Sequence record: OR413578.1
Strand: one strand, 5' to 3'
DNA: 64,000 nt
A program made the translations under genes and the position numbers. Under the pieces are notes generated by a model. It did not search any database, was not told the origin of the DNA, and worked only from the letters and a program-made list of their open reading frames with translations. Position 1 is the first letter of the stretch. Each line of letters starts with the position of its first letter. Below, piece after piece: positions 17,867-26,136 of the stretch.

Positions 17867-17958
17867 ATTCCATGCATATAAATAGTTCGTCGTATTTTTT
17901 TTGATCTTGGCAGGACGCATAAACTGCCCGTAGGGGAGCCTAAGCTCCCCAGTGTTCG

Positions 17959-19521
17959 TTAGAACAAATCATCACCCATTCCACCGGTGAAGAAGTTGAT
18001 AGACGACGCTGTTACGGTTTCTTCTTTATCACAATCCCAAGGCAGGATGCCAACATCCTGGAAAGGTATCACTGTGTAGTGATAAGATTCTTTAGTATCG
18101 ATAATGGTGCGGTGTTTACCGCGTTGAACTTCTAAGAAGCTATGGCCGTTGACCACACGCTTGTTAAAATACATTTCACCATCGGCCTCGTTATCAAGGC
18201 TCGAACAACTATCGTAAAGACCACGACCAGGTAAGTTCTTACAGAAACCTACCGGGTCTAACGCTTTTAAGCGCTTACCTTCTGGGGAAATCTGGTGTGG
18301 GGCAATTAAGAACCCACGGTTGCGTACCACTTGGATGTTACGAGCAATACGATAAATTTCTTTGATATCACTCCCGGCAATGCCGTTGCCGTGTCCTGCT
18401 TTGCTGATTGTGCCTAAGTAGTCTGCGCGAATGCCAACAACATGATAACCGCGACGACGTAAGTCGAGAATAAGGTCGTTGATGTAGTGCACTTTAAAAT
18501 CGGAGTTGGTGTGCTTTTGGAAAACGTAGTCCCAACCGTTTGCGCGAATCTTACCACAGAGGTAATCAGACATTGCTGTTGTGTGTGCTAACTTCTCTTC
18601 AGCGGTTGCATCCTGTGCAATGGTCATCTGTGGAACTTGTCCTTCAAAATGACCGTACAGTGCTTGATAGCCGTAAGCTAAGTTAACGTCGAGTTCGTTT
18701 TCTAAACTCAAGTCAAGAATAATTGGTTGCAGTGTGCCCTTCACATCCGCCATTACTTTCTCAGGCGTGTTGAAGATAGGAATCGATAAGCTCAGTAAGA
18801 GACTGAACAAAGACTTACAGTTAAAAGGTAACGCCGGCATAAGCCACAGTTCTTCGGTAATCCCTTTGTTACAACCGAGCATTTGGTTAATGGCTTTCCA
18901 GCCCGTCTGCAAACCATTACCTGCTGCTTTCTTGTTAATCGAGTCGAACACTTTAACAAACGGAGCCCGATTATCTGTAACCAGCTCACCGACCAGTGAT
19001 GGAATCTTATTATGAGAGCGTTCACCGAACGTAGATAGCGCCTCTTTGAGTTCGAGCACTGCGGTGTTCAGATCAACACGTGTCTCAGTTCCATTCAATG
19101 CTCCGAACGCGCGACCCATTTTTGTTTTGAGTTCGACGCTCTGTAAACATTGACGTAATTGGAAATAATATTGAGACAGTTGTCGATTAAGATGCTCGGT
19201 ACGTTTGTCTTCTTCCTCGGGCAAATCGTCTTCGAGGAATTTGGTAATCGTATCGTATAGAGGACGTACTTGAGTGGTGGCCAGCTTCAAGCGCTTCATA
19301 ACGCTCGCGTGGTCGTATTCCATGCCGCCGTCTATGATAGATGTGATAATGTCCTTGATCTCGATGAGTGCAAAGCGCTCTTCGCCATCTTCCGCATATT
19401 CCGGAAGCTTGATCTGCATCAGAACTTTTCTTATGACATCATGATCCTTGCTAGGGTCCGTCAGCATAGATTCTGTATACAGTGCGGCTAAGGCGGTTAT
19501 CAACATCATTTTACTATTCAT
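17959..19521 (-). CDS. dnaB: DnaB-like replicative helicase (phiKZ gp118-like)
   Basis: GLQTGWKAINQMLG, divergent Walker A ALPFNCKS, DLSLENE, ADYLG, HQISPE, EVQRGKHR; inverted position upstream of the capsid gene as in phiKZ-like phages. Confidence 0.85.
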   Translation of the reverse strand: MNSKMMLITALAALYTESMLTDPSKDHDVIRKVLMQIKLPEYAEDGEERFALIEIKDIITSIIDGGMEYDHASVMKRLKLATTQVRPLYDTITKFLEDDLPEEEDKRTEHLNRQLSQYYFQLRQCLQSVELKTKMGRAFGALNGTETRVDLNTAVLELKEALSTFGERSHNKIPSLVGELVTDNRAPFVKVFDSINKKAAGNGLQTGWKAINQMLGCNKGITEELWLMPALPFNCKSLFSLLLSLSIPIFNTPEKVMADVKGTLQPIILDLSLENELDVNLAYGYQALYGHFEGQVPQMTIAQDATAEEKLAHTTAMSDYLCGKIRANGWDYVFQKHTNSDFKVHYINDLILDLRRRGYHVVGIRADYLGTISKAGHGNGIAGSDIKEIYRIARNIQVVRNRGFLIAPHQISPEGKRLKALDPVGFCKNLPGRGLYDSCSSLDNEADGEMYFNKRVVNGHSFLEVQRGKHRTIIDTKESYHYTVIPFQDVGILPWDCDKEETVTASSINFFTGGMGDDLF

Positions 19522-19535
19522 GGAGCATCCTTAAA

Positions 19536-20060
19536 ATGCAAATTCGTTTTAGTCCACCGTGGGAAGTTCAATCTAACATAGATAAAGGGGCTGGCGTTAA
19601 AAAGTTGGAGGAACTCCAAGCAAGCTTCTTTAACTGGTTATATGACTGCTCGTCGGGCTTTAGTTCCATCATACTGCCAGTGAGTGACCCTATTTCGATT
19701 TATAAATCGATTATGGCACCACCTGCACTTCCGACTCTTTATTATGACCAGGTCTTAAACCTGGTTGAGAAAGGTACGAATGAAACCCTTGCTGATTTAT
19801 ATGGGGAATCATTCGACGGTCGTTTACGTTGGGTGTTCTCACAACGTGGCGATGTTGTTGTGGCGTCTTTTGCAGAAGCTAAATCCGGACCGGGTTTTTC
19901 TTTAAGTGAAGACCACGCTGCGAAAAAGATGTTCTGCGCAGAACTTTTTAAATATATGCGTCCCAAGACTCGTGTCGTGGATGATACGTTCAGTACGTCG
20001 ACGCAGTTTGCTGCGCACGAAGTGCTGACGCAGTTGTACGCATGTCATTTATCTAAATAA
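19536..20060 (+). CDS. conserved virion protein upstream of capsid (phiKZ gp119-like position)
   Basis: Start moved to ATG 19536 (GGAG at 19522); synteny. Confidence 0.55.
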   Translation: MQIRFSPPWEVQSNIDKGAGVKKLEELQASFFNWLYDCSSGFSSIILPVSDPISIYKSIMAPPALPTLYYDQVLNLVEKGTNETLADLYGESFDGRLRWVFSQRGDVVVASFAEAKSGPGFSLSEDHAAKKMFCAELFKYMRPKTRVVDDTFSTSTQFAAHEVLTQLYACHLSK

Positions 20061-20072
20061 GGTAAACTTGAA

Positions 20073-22370
20073 ATGAAAGATACCCGTATCGCTAGTCTGG
20101 ACCAGCTGGTTCAGCAGGGCAATGCTCTGGTCGCTGCTGCCAAGGCAGGCTCTTCCGCTAATGACGTATGGCAAACCGTAGCCGTTGGCGAATCTGTACG
20201 TAAAAATGCTGCCGGCTTCACCAACCTGCGTGACACTGCTCAGCAGCACTACGAAGCTGTAAACCCTGGCAAAACCATGAGCCACGCTGCTCAGGTTGCT
20301 TCTGCGATGATTCTGGCTGCTGCCGGTCACGAAGATGACTTCATGACCCGTGTTGCTGCTGAGAGCGCGAAGCCGGAATACGCCAGCTATATGCCGATCG
20401 CTATTTCTGGTGCAGCATCCCTGGCTGCTGACTACGGTAAAACTCCGCTGGTCGCAACCGAATACTACACCAACAAAGACCTGGACAAAAACCTGGGTCT
20501 GACCTGGACGCTGAACGTGCGTGCTCTGGAAACTCAATCCAAGTTTGCAGAAACCCTGTTCCCGACCATCACTGTGGACACCAACGACGTCGGCATCACC
20601 GTTCGTACCAAAGTTACTACTGTAACTCGTGGTATCCTGAACGCCCTGCTGACCAAAGACGTGGTTGAAGACAACCGCCAGCCGCTGCATAACGCGCTGT
20701 CTAACCACAAAGTCCTGCAGGACGATGCTATCCGTATCGTACCTTACGTGATGGAAACCGGTGAGAACGCGAAGTTCTTCGTATCCGAAGACATCATCGA
20801 AAACGAAAACGTTCAGCTGGGTCGTGTGCCGGCGTATCCGACCAACTACCTGAGCTTCTCTGAACGTCGTCTGAACCTGTTCCAGCTGTCTGCCCATCCG
20901 GGTATCGTGCAGGAAGGTTACGATGAAACCGACGAAATCGCACCGGGTGCGGCGCTGGGTAGCCTGCTGCTGTCTGTGCGTAAGCCGACTGAAGAAGCGA
21001 AAGATGGCGCGCTGATCAAACTGAACGTACGCGACATGCAGTTCGCTACCTTCCAGCGTCCTCCTGAAGGTGATGGCCGTGAGCTGGTCCTGCAGTTCCG
21101 TCGCACTGTGTTCTCCCTGAACGCCAAGTCTCTGGACTGGAAAGGTGCTGAAATCCCGGCACTGGCCGCTCTGGCACAGAACGATTACACCATTCGTTAT
21201 TCCATGAACATCAGCATGTCTCTGTTCACCAACGGTCAGTTCTCTGGTCGTGTTGACGTGACTGCGCCGTCTCTGGAAATCGAAGGTCTGTACGACGCAA
21301 CTGGTACTGCTGTTGATATCGAAAGCGGCACCGGTAAAGTGATCATCGACAACCTGAAACTGGAGCTGCTGGGCTGGCGCTTCGACGGTACTCGTACCAA
21401 CGAGAACCGGAGAACCCAGGGCCTTCTGCTCGACCCGATTTGGGAACAAGAGAACTACAAACTGCAGTACGGTTCTCCGATCATGACCAAATCTCCGGTT
21501 GGCGTTGAATACGACGACACCGAACGTCTGGACGACCTCGTTTCTGCGGTTAACATCCGTAACGAAATGCTGGCTATCACTCAGACTCTGTCTTACACCG
21601 AAGCGGTTAAGAACGCAGCTGCGTCCATGATCACTCCGTGGGACAAACCTGCTATCCGCGGCCTGGGCCGTCACTGGGTTGCTCCGTGGTACAGCGAAAG
21701 CGACTACGAAGTGGACAAAGTGATCCAGTCTCTGGATACCAAAGATGCGCTCATCAACGCCCGTCAGGGTCTGGTACAGCGTATCGGTGACCAGGTAACT
21801 CGTGCTATCCAGGACTCTCGCTTCATGCCGGCTCTGCGCCTGCTGACTGCGGACCCGAACGCACTGCCGAAAGTTGTTATCGCAACTGACGAACCGACTG
21901 CTGCAATGCTGCTGCTGGTTCAGGGTGACCAGCGTCTGCTGGGCGATCGCTACGAGTACGAAGTTATCACCACCAACGATGACCGCTGGCGTGTGAAGAA
22001 CGAAGCTGACGGCAGCTGGACTCGCCGCCTGCAGTGGGTTCTGAAAGTTCCAACCGCTGATGATGGTTCTTACTGTGTTCTGAACTGGGGTAACCACTTC
22101 TGGTCTCCGATCATGGTAACCAACATCAACATCCAGCGTAACGGCGCTACCAGCAAAGAGCTGGCAGTACAGCCTCGTAACGCGCACATCTGCCACTGCC
22201 CGATCACTGGTCTGATCTGGATTAAAGGTATCACCAAGTTCGTGGAAGAGAAACTGGCGTTCAACGTCACTACTACTTCCAACGGTACCGGCGGTACTGA
22301 CGGTGGTAATGCTGGTGATGTTGGCGGCGGTACCCAGCCAGGTACTGGCGGTGAAGGCGCTGGCGGCTAA
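20073..22370 (+). CDS. major capsid protein (SPN3US gp75 / phiKZ gp120 family)
   Basis: 765 aa, extreme codon bias, propeptide ending LVATE-130, strong terminator, position after DnaB. Confidence 0.92.
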   Translation: MKDTRIASLDQLVQQGNALVAAAKAGSSANDVWQTVAVGESVRKNAAGFTNLRDTAQQHYEAVNPGKTMSHAAQVASAMILAAAGHEDDFMTRVAAESAKPEYASYMPIAISGAASLAADYGKTPLVATEYYTNKDLDKNLGLTWTLNVRALETQSKFAETLFPTITVDTNDVGITVRTKVTTVTRGILNALLTKDVVEDNRQPLHNALSNHKVLQDDAIRIVPYVMETGENAKFFVSEDIIENENVQLGRVPAYPTNYLSFSERRLNLFQLSAHPGIVQEGYDETDEIAPGAALGSLLLSVRKPTEEAKDGALIKLNVRDMQFATFQRPPEGDGRELVLQFRRTVFSLNAKSLDWKGAEIPALAALAQNDYTIRYSMNISMSLFTNGQFSGRVDVTAPSLEIEGLYDATGTAVDIESGTGKVIIDNLKLELLGWRFDGTRTNENRRTQGLLLDPIWEQENYKLQYGSPIMTKSPVGVEYDDTERLDDLVSAVNIRNEMLAITQTLSYTEAVKNAAASMITPWDKPAIRGLGRHWVAPWYSESDYEVDKVIQSLDTKDALINARQGLVQRIGDQVTRAIQDSRFMPALRLLTADPNALPKVVIATDEPTAAMLLLVQGDQRLLGDRYEYEVITTNDDRWRVKNEADGSWTRRLQWVLKVPTADDGSYCVLNWGNHFWSPIMVTNINIQRNGATSKELAVQPRNAHICHCPITGLIWIKGITKFVEEKLAFNVTTTSNGTGGTDGGNAGDVGGGTQPGTGGEGAGG

Positions 22371-22400
22371 TAATCCGTAAGGATTACGTTGCCTAAGATT

Positions 22401-22439
22401 AGCTTACTCCCTTCGGGGAGTAAGCTTTTTTCTTTTTTT
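22401..22439 (+). terminator. intrinsic terminator
   Basis: AGCTTACTCCC-TTCG-GGGAGTAAGCT followed by a T run. Confidence 0.9.
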
Positions 22440-22451
22440 CTAAAAATTTAT

Positions 22452-22474
22452 AGATAGATATTATCTTAGGGAGA
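22452..22474 (+). promoter_or_regulatory. class II (GATAGATRTTAT) promoter-like motif
   Basis: AGATAGATATTATCTTAGGGAGA, variant of the early motif. Confidence 0.55.
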
Positions 22475-22506
22475 GAGTCGTTCGGTTTTAACTTAAGGAG
22501 ACAGTA

Positions 22507-23205
22507 ATGGTAATCAATTTAGAAAAATCAAGATTAGTTGCGCCTATGTTCGACGGCAGAGGTTTTATGGCAGCCGGCTTTTTTGTATCGGAATGCTCTG
22601 TTCCCTTCCGTGAAAATCCTGAAGAACCTACTAATTTTTATCTCAGTCACGATGCGGTAAGCGCGATATTGCAGTGGGTAAGGATGTGGGAACTTCATTT
22701 ACAAGGTGATGACAGTCTGCGGATGGATTATCCGCAGTTAAATATAAACGGTGTTGTGTTCACTTTATATTCCATCGCCGACTACGACTACAATGAGCTG
22801 AAAAATATACACCCTAGCCAGGCAACGCAAATATTCGACACCATACGTCAGAACTTCGCGACTGGGTTTACTGAACGGAAAGATTTGTGGGAAAAAGCCA
22901 ACCACCCATTTGGTAGTTATTCTGCGGAGTCGTTTAACGTTCTCGGCAGAAGGATGGAGTTTGACTACGATAACGCCGCAGTGCGTTATAATTACCAAAT
23001 CGTGAATCAGCCGATCCCCGCCCCGTATGCGTCTCTCGAGTTAACGATGGTAAAGATAGCCGATGCACTCCTCTCAGTAGCAAACACGAACACGTATCCG
23101 CAAGCTGGGTACGAGCTGGGTCTGAAGTTGGGCTTCGGCGACCAGAAGTTGGCTGATTTAACCCGCGACCAACTCCGCGAAATAGCCCAACGCCTAATAC
23201 CCTAA
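22507..23205 (+). CDS. hypothetical protein (232 aa)
   Basis: TAAGGAG SD and its own promoter-like motif. Confidence 0.7.
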   Translation: MVINLEKSRLVAPMFDGRGFMAAGFFVSECSVPFRENPEEPTNFYLSHDAVSAILQWVRMWELHLQGDDSLRMDYPQLNINGVVFTLYSIADYDYNELKNIHPSQATQIFDTIRQNFATGFTERKDLWEKANHPFGSYSAESFNVLGRRMEFDYDNAAVRYNYQIVNQPIPAPYASLELTMVKIADALLSVANTNTYPQAGYELGLKLGFGDQKLADLTRDQLREIAQRLIP

Positions 23206-23210
23206 AGTTT

Positions 23211-23278
23211 TTTACGTTACGGGCACTGGGTATGAACCCGTGCCCAAAGTAATCTGAGATAGATATTATCTACGTGAA
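23211..23278 (+). promoter_or_regulatory. tandem promoters: TTTAC-N15-TATG within a hairpin, then class II motif
   Basis: TTTACGTT 23211, TATG 23231, GGGCAC..GTGCCC hairpin 23221-23245, GAGATAGATATTATCTACGTGA 23257. Confidence 0.5.
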
Positions 23279-23310
23279 TAATTCTTTTGGTATTATTACT
23301 GGGATGCTCA

Positions 23311-24315
23311 ATGAACCGTTATGATTTAGACGTTCAGCCAACGCTAACCCAGCGGCCCATGCACCGTGGTGCCGTGTCGAAGACTATCACGTACGAAAAT
23401 AATACCGGGTTTCCCATTTACGTCACTGAACTCAGTGGCGGGCATTTTGTTTTAGCCCCGTCGTCCACCACAGCGGCGGAATTTGGGATTGTTATTTACG
23501 TGACCTATACGGTGTTTGCGAACGGTGCTAACCTATCTGGTTTGCGCGACGCACATTCGCCAAAGCAGTATGCGCAGATATGTAAGGAATTAACTACGAA
23601 CGGCGAAACAACGCTGATGTATGTAGTTGATGATATCGGTGCGTTAATGCGAGGCGACTTGGTGGTGTTGAAGAAGCTAGGAATGGCTTTCTCTACCCAA
23701 CCAGTAAAACTCGATTCTGAGGTTATTGGTAAGCCAGGAGGGGATCGTAAAGAATTTGCCTTGGGCGTGGTAGTTGTGCAGAAGTACGAAGACCCAGCAC
23801 CTTTAAAATGGCTGAGGTTCTATACAACGATGTTGGAAGTCGAACCGATTCGATCGAAGTATTACGACGAGGGTATTTACATGGTAATCGGTGGTGCGGA
23901 GTGTGTCGAAGGGGGTAAGATGATAATGTACGCTTTCGATGACCCGATGTCCCCGTTCCGGGCGTTTGCATCTGAAGATGAAGCGAGGCGTTATCGGTGG
24001 CTCGATAACATTCCAGAGTTGCGAGATGTTCGTGCGAAGCTGGAAGCCACGTATCAGGCCAAGTTGCAAGATCTCGATGAGAAAAAGAATCGGCAAGACC
24101 TCGATTATCGTACGCAACTTAATAATCTGGCGCTGGAGAAGGAGAGGATTAACACCCTTAACGCAATCCAGACGAATGAGCTTAAGTTGCGTTCCGATGT
24201 TCGTAAAGACCAATACGAGTCCCGAGCTTATCAGCGAAAAGATAGCTCGGAGTTCTTGAAATCCATTCCCGCGTATTTGGCTGCAGGGGTAGCACTCGTT
24301 GGGATGATTCTCTGA
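23311..24315 (+). CDS. conserved protein with C-terminal coiled coil and hydrophobic C-terminus
   Basis: Heptad-rich region then SIPAYLAAGVALVGMIL-stop; start moved to ATG 23311. Confidence 0.6.
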   Translation: MNRYDLDVQPTLTQRPMHRGAVSKTITYENNTGFPIYVTELSGGHFVLAPSSTTAAEFGIVIYVTYTVFANGANLSGLRDAHSPKQYAQICKELTTNGETTLMYVVDDIGALMRGDLVVLKKLGMAFSTQPVKLDSEVIGKPGGDRKEFALGVVVVQKYEDPAPLKWLRFYTTMLEVEPIRSKYYDEGIYMVIGGAECVEGGKMIMYAFDDPMSPFRAFASEDEARRYRWLDNIPELRDVRAKLEATYQAKLQDLDEKKNRQDLDYRTQLNNLALEKERINTLNAIQTNELKLRSDVRKDQYESRAYQRKDSSEFLKSIPAYLAAGVALVGMIL

Positions 24316-24326
24316 GGGAGGCCGGT

Positions 24327-26105
24327 GTGTTTAAAGATGCGATTAGGAAGATTAAAGAGGCAGGCGAAATAGTGCCTTTTAATCGTGCAATTGCAGAAGG
24401 AGTTGGGTACACACAAGCTAAAGATGGGATACATGATCGTGTGGCAACCATTCTACGTCGTGAGTTGACGTATGATGAAATCGATAATCCGAAATTACCA
24501 GAAGGGTTAACGGTATTAGGTTGTCGCCAAATGTCGCCGTTTGAAGCTTTTATCTTTAAGTTATCGAAGTCGGATAACAATTCACGAAATAATCGTGGCC
24601 GGTCAATTATTAACATCTCATCCACTGACACGTATATGGTAATGGCCTCGTTCCGAGTTCCAGGTGATCCTCGCCCGGTACAACGACCAATGAGCCTGCC
24701 GTTTATTCGTCGTGGCGGCTTAATGAACTACTATGGTACAACGTACCACGTAGCACCTGTAATCCATCAACCTGGTATATGTCGTGAGCACGGTGGTATC
24801 TTTATTAACTTTGACTTCACACGCAAGGTGTCTATCAAGTTCTGTAAGAAACCAACGAAGATTCTGGTGAATGGTCGCCCTGAGCAGCTGTTCTTGCCAG
24901 GTACATCGAATCTGTTTGTCTCAACTGGACAGATTGGACACGACACCGATGAGAAGCCACTGATGTATTGGCTCTTTGGGCGTTATGGCTTTAAACAAGC
25001 CGTGAAGCGTTATGCGGGCGTTGATGTGACGATTTGGCCAGCGATTAAAGTACGTGATGTGGACTTAACGAAGTATGTGGTGATTCAATCTGGTGAGCCA
25101 CAACTCGCGAAGACCATCCAGTACGTACTGTTGGTTAAACGTGAAGATATGCCTAACACCGATGCAGGGCGTTGGGATCAAAACGAACATCTGTTGCTGG
25201 TAGCGACTGCCGCATTCTTCAAAGCGGCGCACTATTACGCAGGTAAACAGAACAGTAAGAACGGTCGTGCACCAACACTGCCGGGGCTGTTTACACAGAT
25301 TAATGAAATGGCAATGGACGAAGATATCGCAAACCTCAACTCTGCAGCGTCTTGGCGTGAAGTGTTGGGCCGCAGTATTCGCGGACTGAAGCCTTCGGAT
25401 ATCGAACTGAGTCGCAGTATGGACAGCCACTTCCAGGAATGTGAACGCTATGTCAACAGCACCTTCCGTGGTGAGCTGATGGCAAACGATCCGTCCATCC
25501 CTGATGATTTGGATATGTTTGATTTCCTCTGGTATACCACGCAGCTGATGGTACGCACTCGACTTACCAAGCAAGATGATATTCCGTCTATGTACGGAAA
25601 ACGTCTCACGGTAACCGATTACTTACTGTTGGGCCAACGTGGCTTTACCACAACGATCTCGAAAATACGTTGGAAGCTGGGGCAGTTGGAACATCGGACT
25701 CCAGAGACAGCGGCGAAGTCTATTCGAGACGCACTGAACAAACAGATCGTGCTCAATCTGGTGATGCGCACCATTACGAGCAACGGCGGTATCAGTTTCT
25801 TCAATGCCTCTACAGAATCAATGGTATTGGCAGTGTCTACGCACGCCATCGGTCAAACCGAAACCGATGCTAAGCGTTCGAAGAAAGGAGGCAAGACCGT
25901 TAACTTGAACGACCGTACTAAGCACGCATCCGCGTCGCATCTGGAATGTGGTAACGTCTATTATATTCCTAAGTCGGCACCGTTTAAGGCGAACATCCTC
26001 AACCCGTACATGAAGACCAACCCAAGTTTGGTAATGATGCGGAATCCTAAACTGGACCCGTACATCAGACCGACCGAAGAAGACATTGCTAAAATCGGCC
26101 GCTAA
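24327..26105 (+). CDS. non-virion RNA polymerase beta-like subunit (phiKZ gp123 / SPN3US gp77-like)
   Basis: 592 aa; LPFIRRGGLMNYYGTTYHVAPV matches the N-terminal beta-subunit region; conserved position between capsid and portal. Confidence 0.75.
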   Translation: MFKDAIRKIKEAGEIVPFNRAIAEGVGYTQAKDGIHDRVATILRRELTYDEIDNPKLPEGLTVLGCRQMSPFEAFIFKLSKSDNNSRNNRGRSIINISSTDTYMVMASFRVPGDPRPVQRPMSLPFIRRGGLMNYYGTTYHVAPVIHQPGICREHGGIFINFDFTRKVSIKFCKKPTKILVNGRPEQLFLPGTSNLFVSTGQIGHDTDEKPLMYWLFGRYGFKQAVKRYAGVDVTIWPAIKVRDVDLTKYVVIQSGEPQLAKTIQYVLLVKREDMPNTDAGRWDQNEHLLLVATAAFFKAAHYYAGKQNSKNGRAPTLPGLFTQINEMAMDEDIANLNSAASWREVLGRSIRGLKPSDIELSRSMDSHFQECERYVNSTFRGELMANDPSIPDDLDMFDFLWYTTQLMVRTRLTKQDDIPSMYGKRLTVTDYLLLGQRGFTTTISKIRWKLGQLEHRTPETAAKSIRDALNKQIVLNLVMRTITSNGGISFFNASTESMVLAVSTHAIGQTETDAKRSKKGGKTVNLNDRTKHASASHLECGNVYYIPKSAPFKANILNPYMKTNPSLVMMRNPKLDPYIRPTEEDIAKIGR

Positions 26106-26136
26106 TTATTACATCTCTTAAGGAGTATTATTTACA

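Noticed and set aside
17959-19521. Intein or intron in the helicase, RNAP or portal genes
   Set aside because: ORFs are uninterrupted and of ordinary length; no LAGLIDADG/HNH block or C...HN splice motifs seen.
20049-22196. 715-aa minus-strand ORF antisense to the major capsid gene
   Set aside because: Shadow ORF expected from the strong codon bias of a highly expressed gene; no SD, no motif, V/Q/F-skewed composition.
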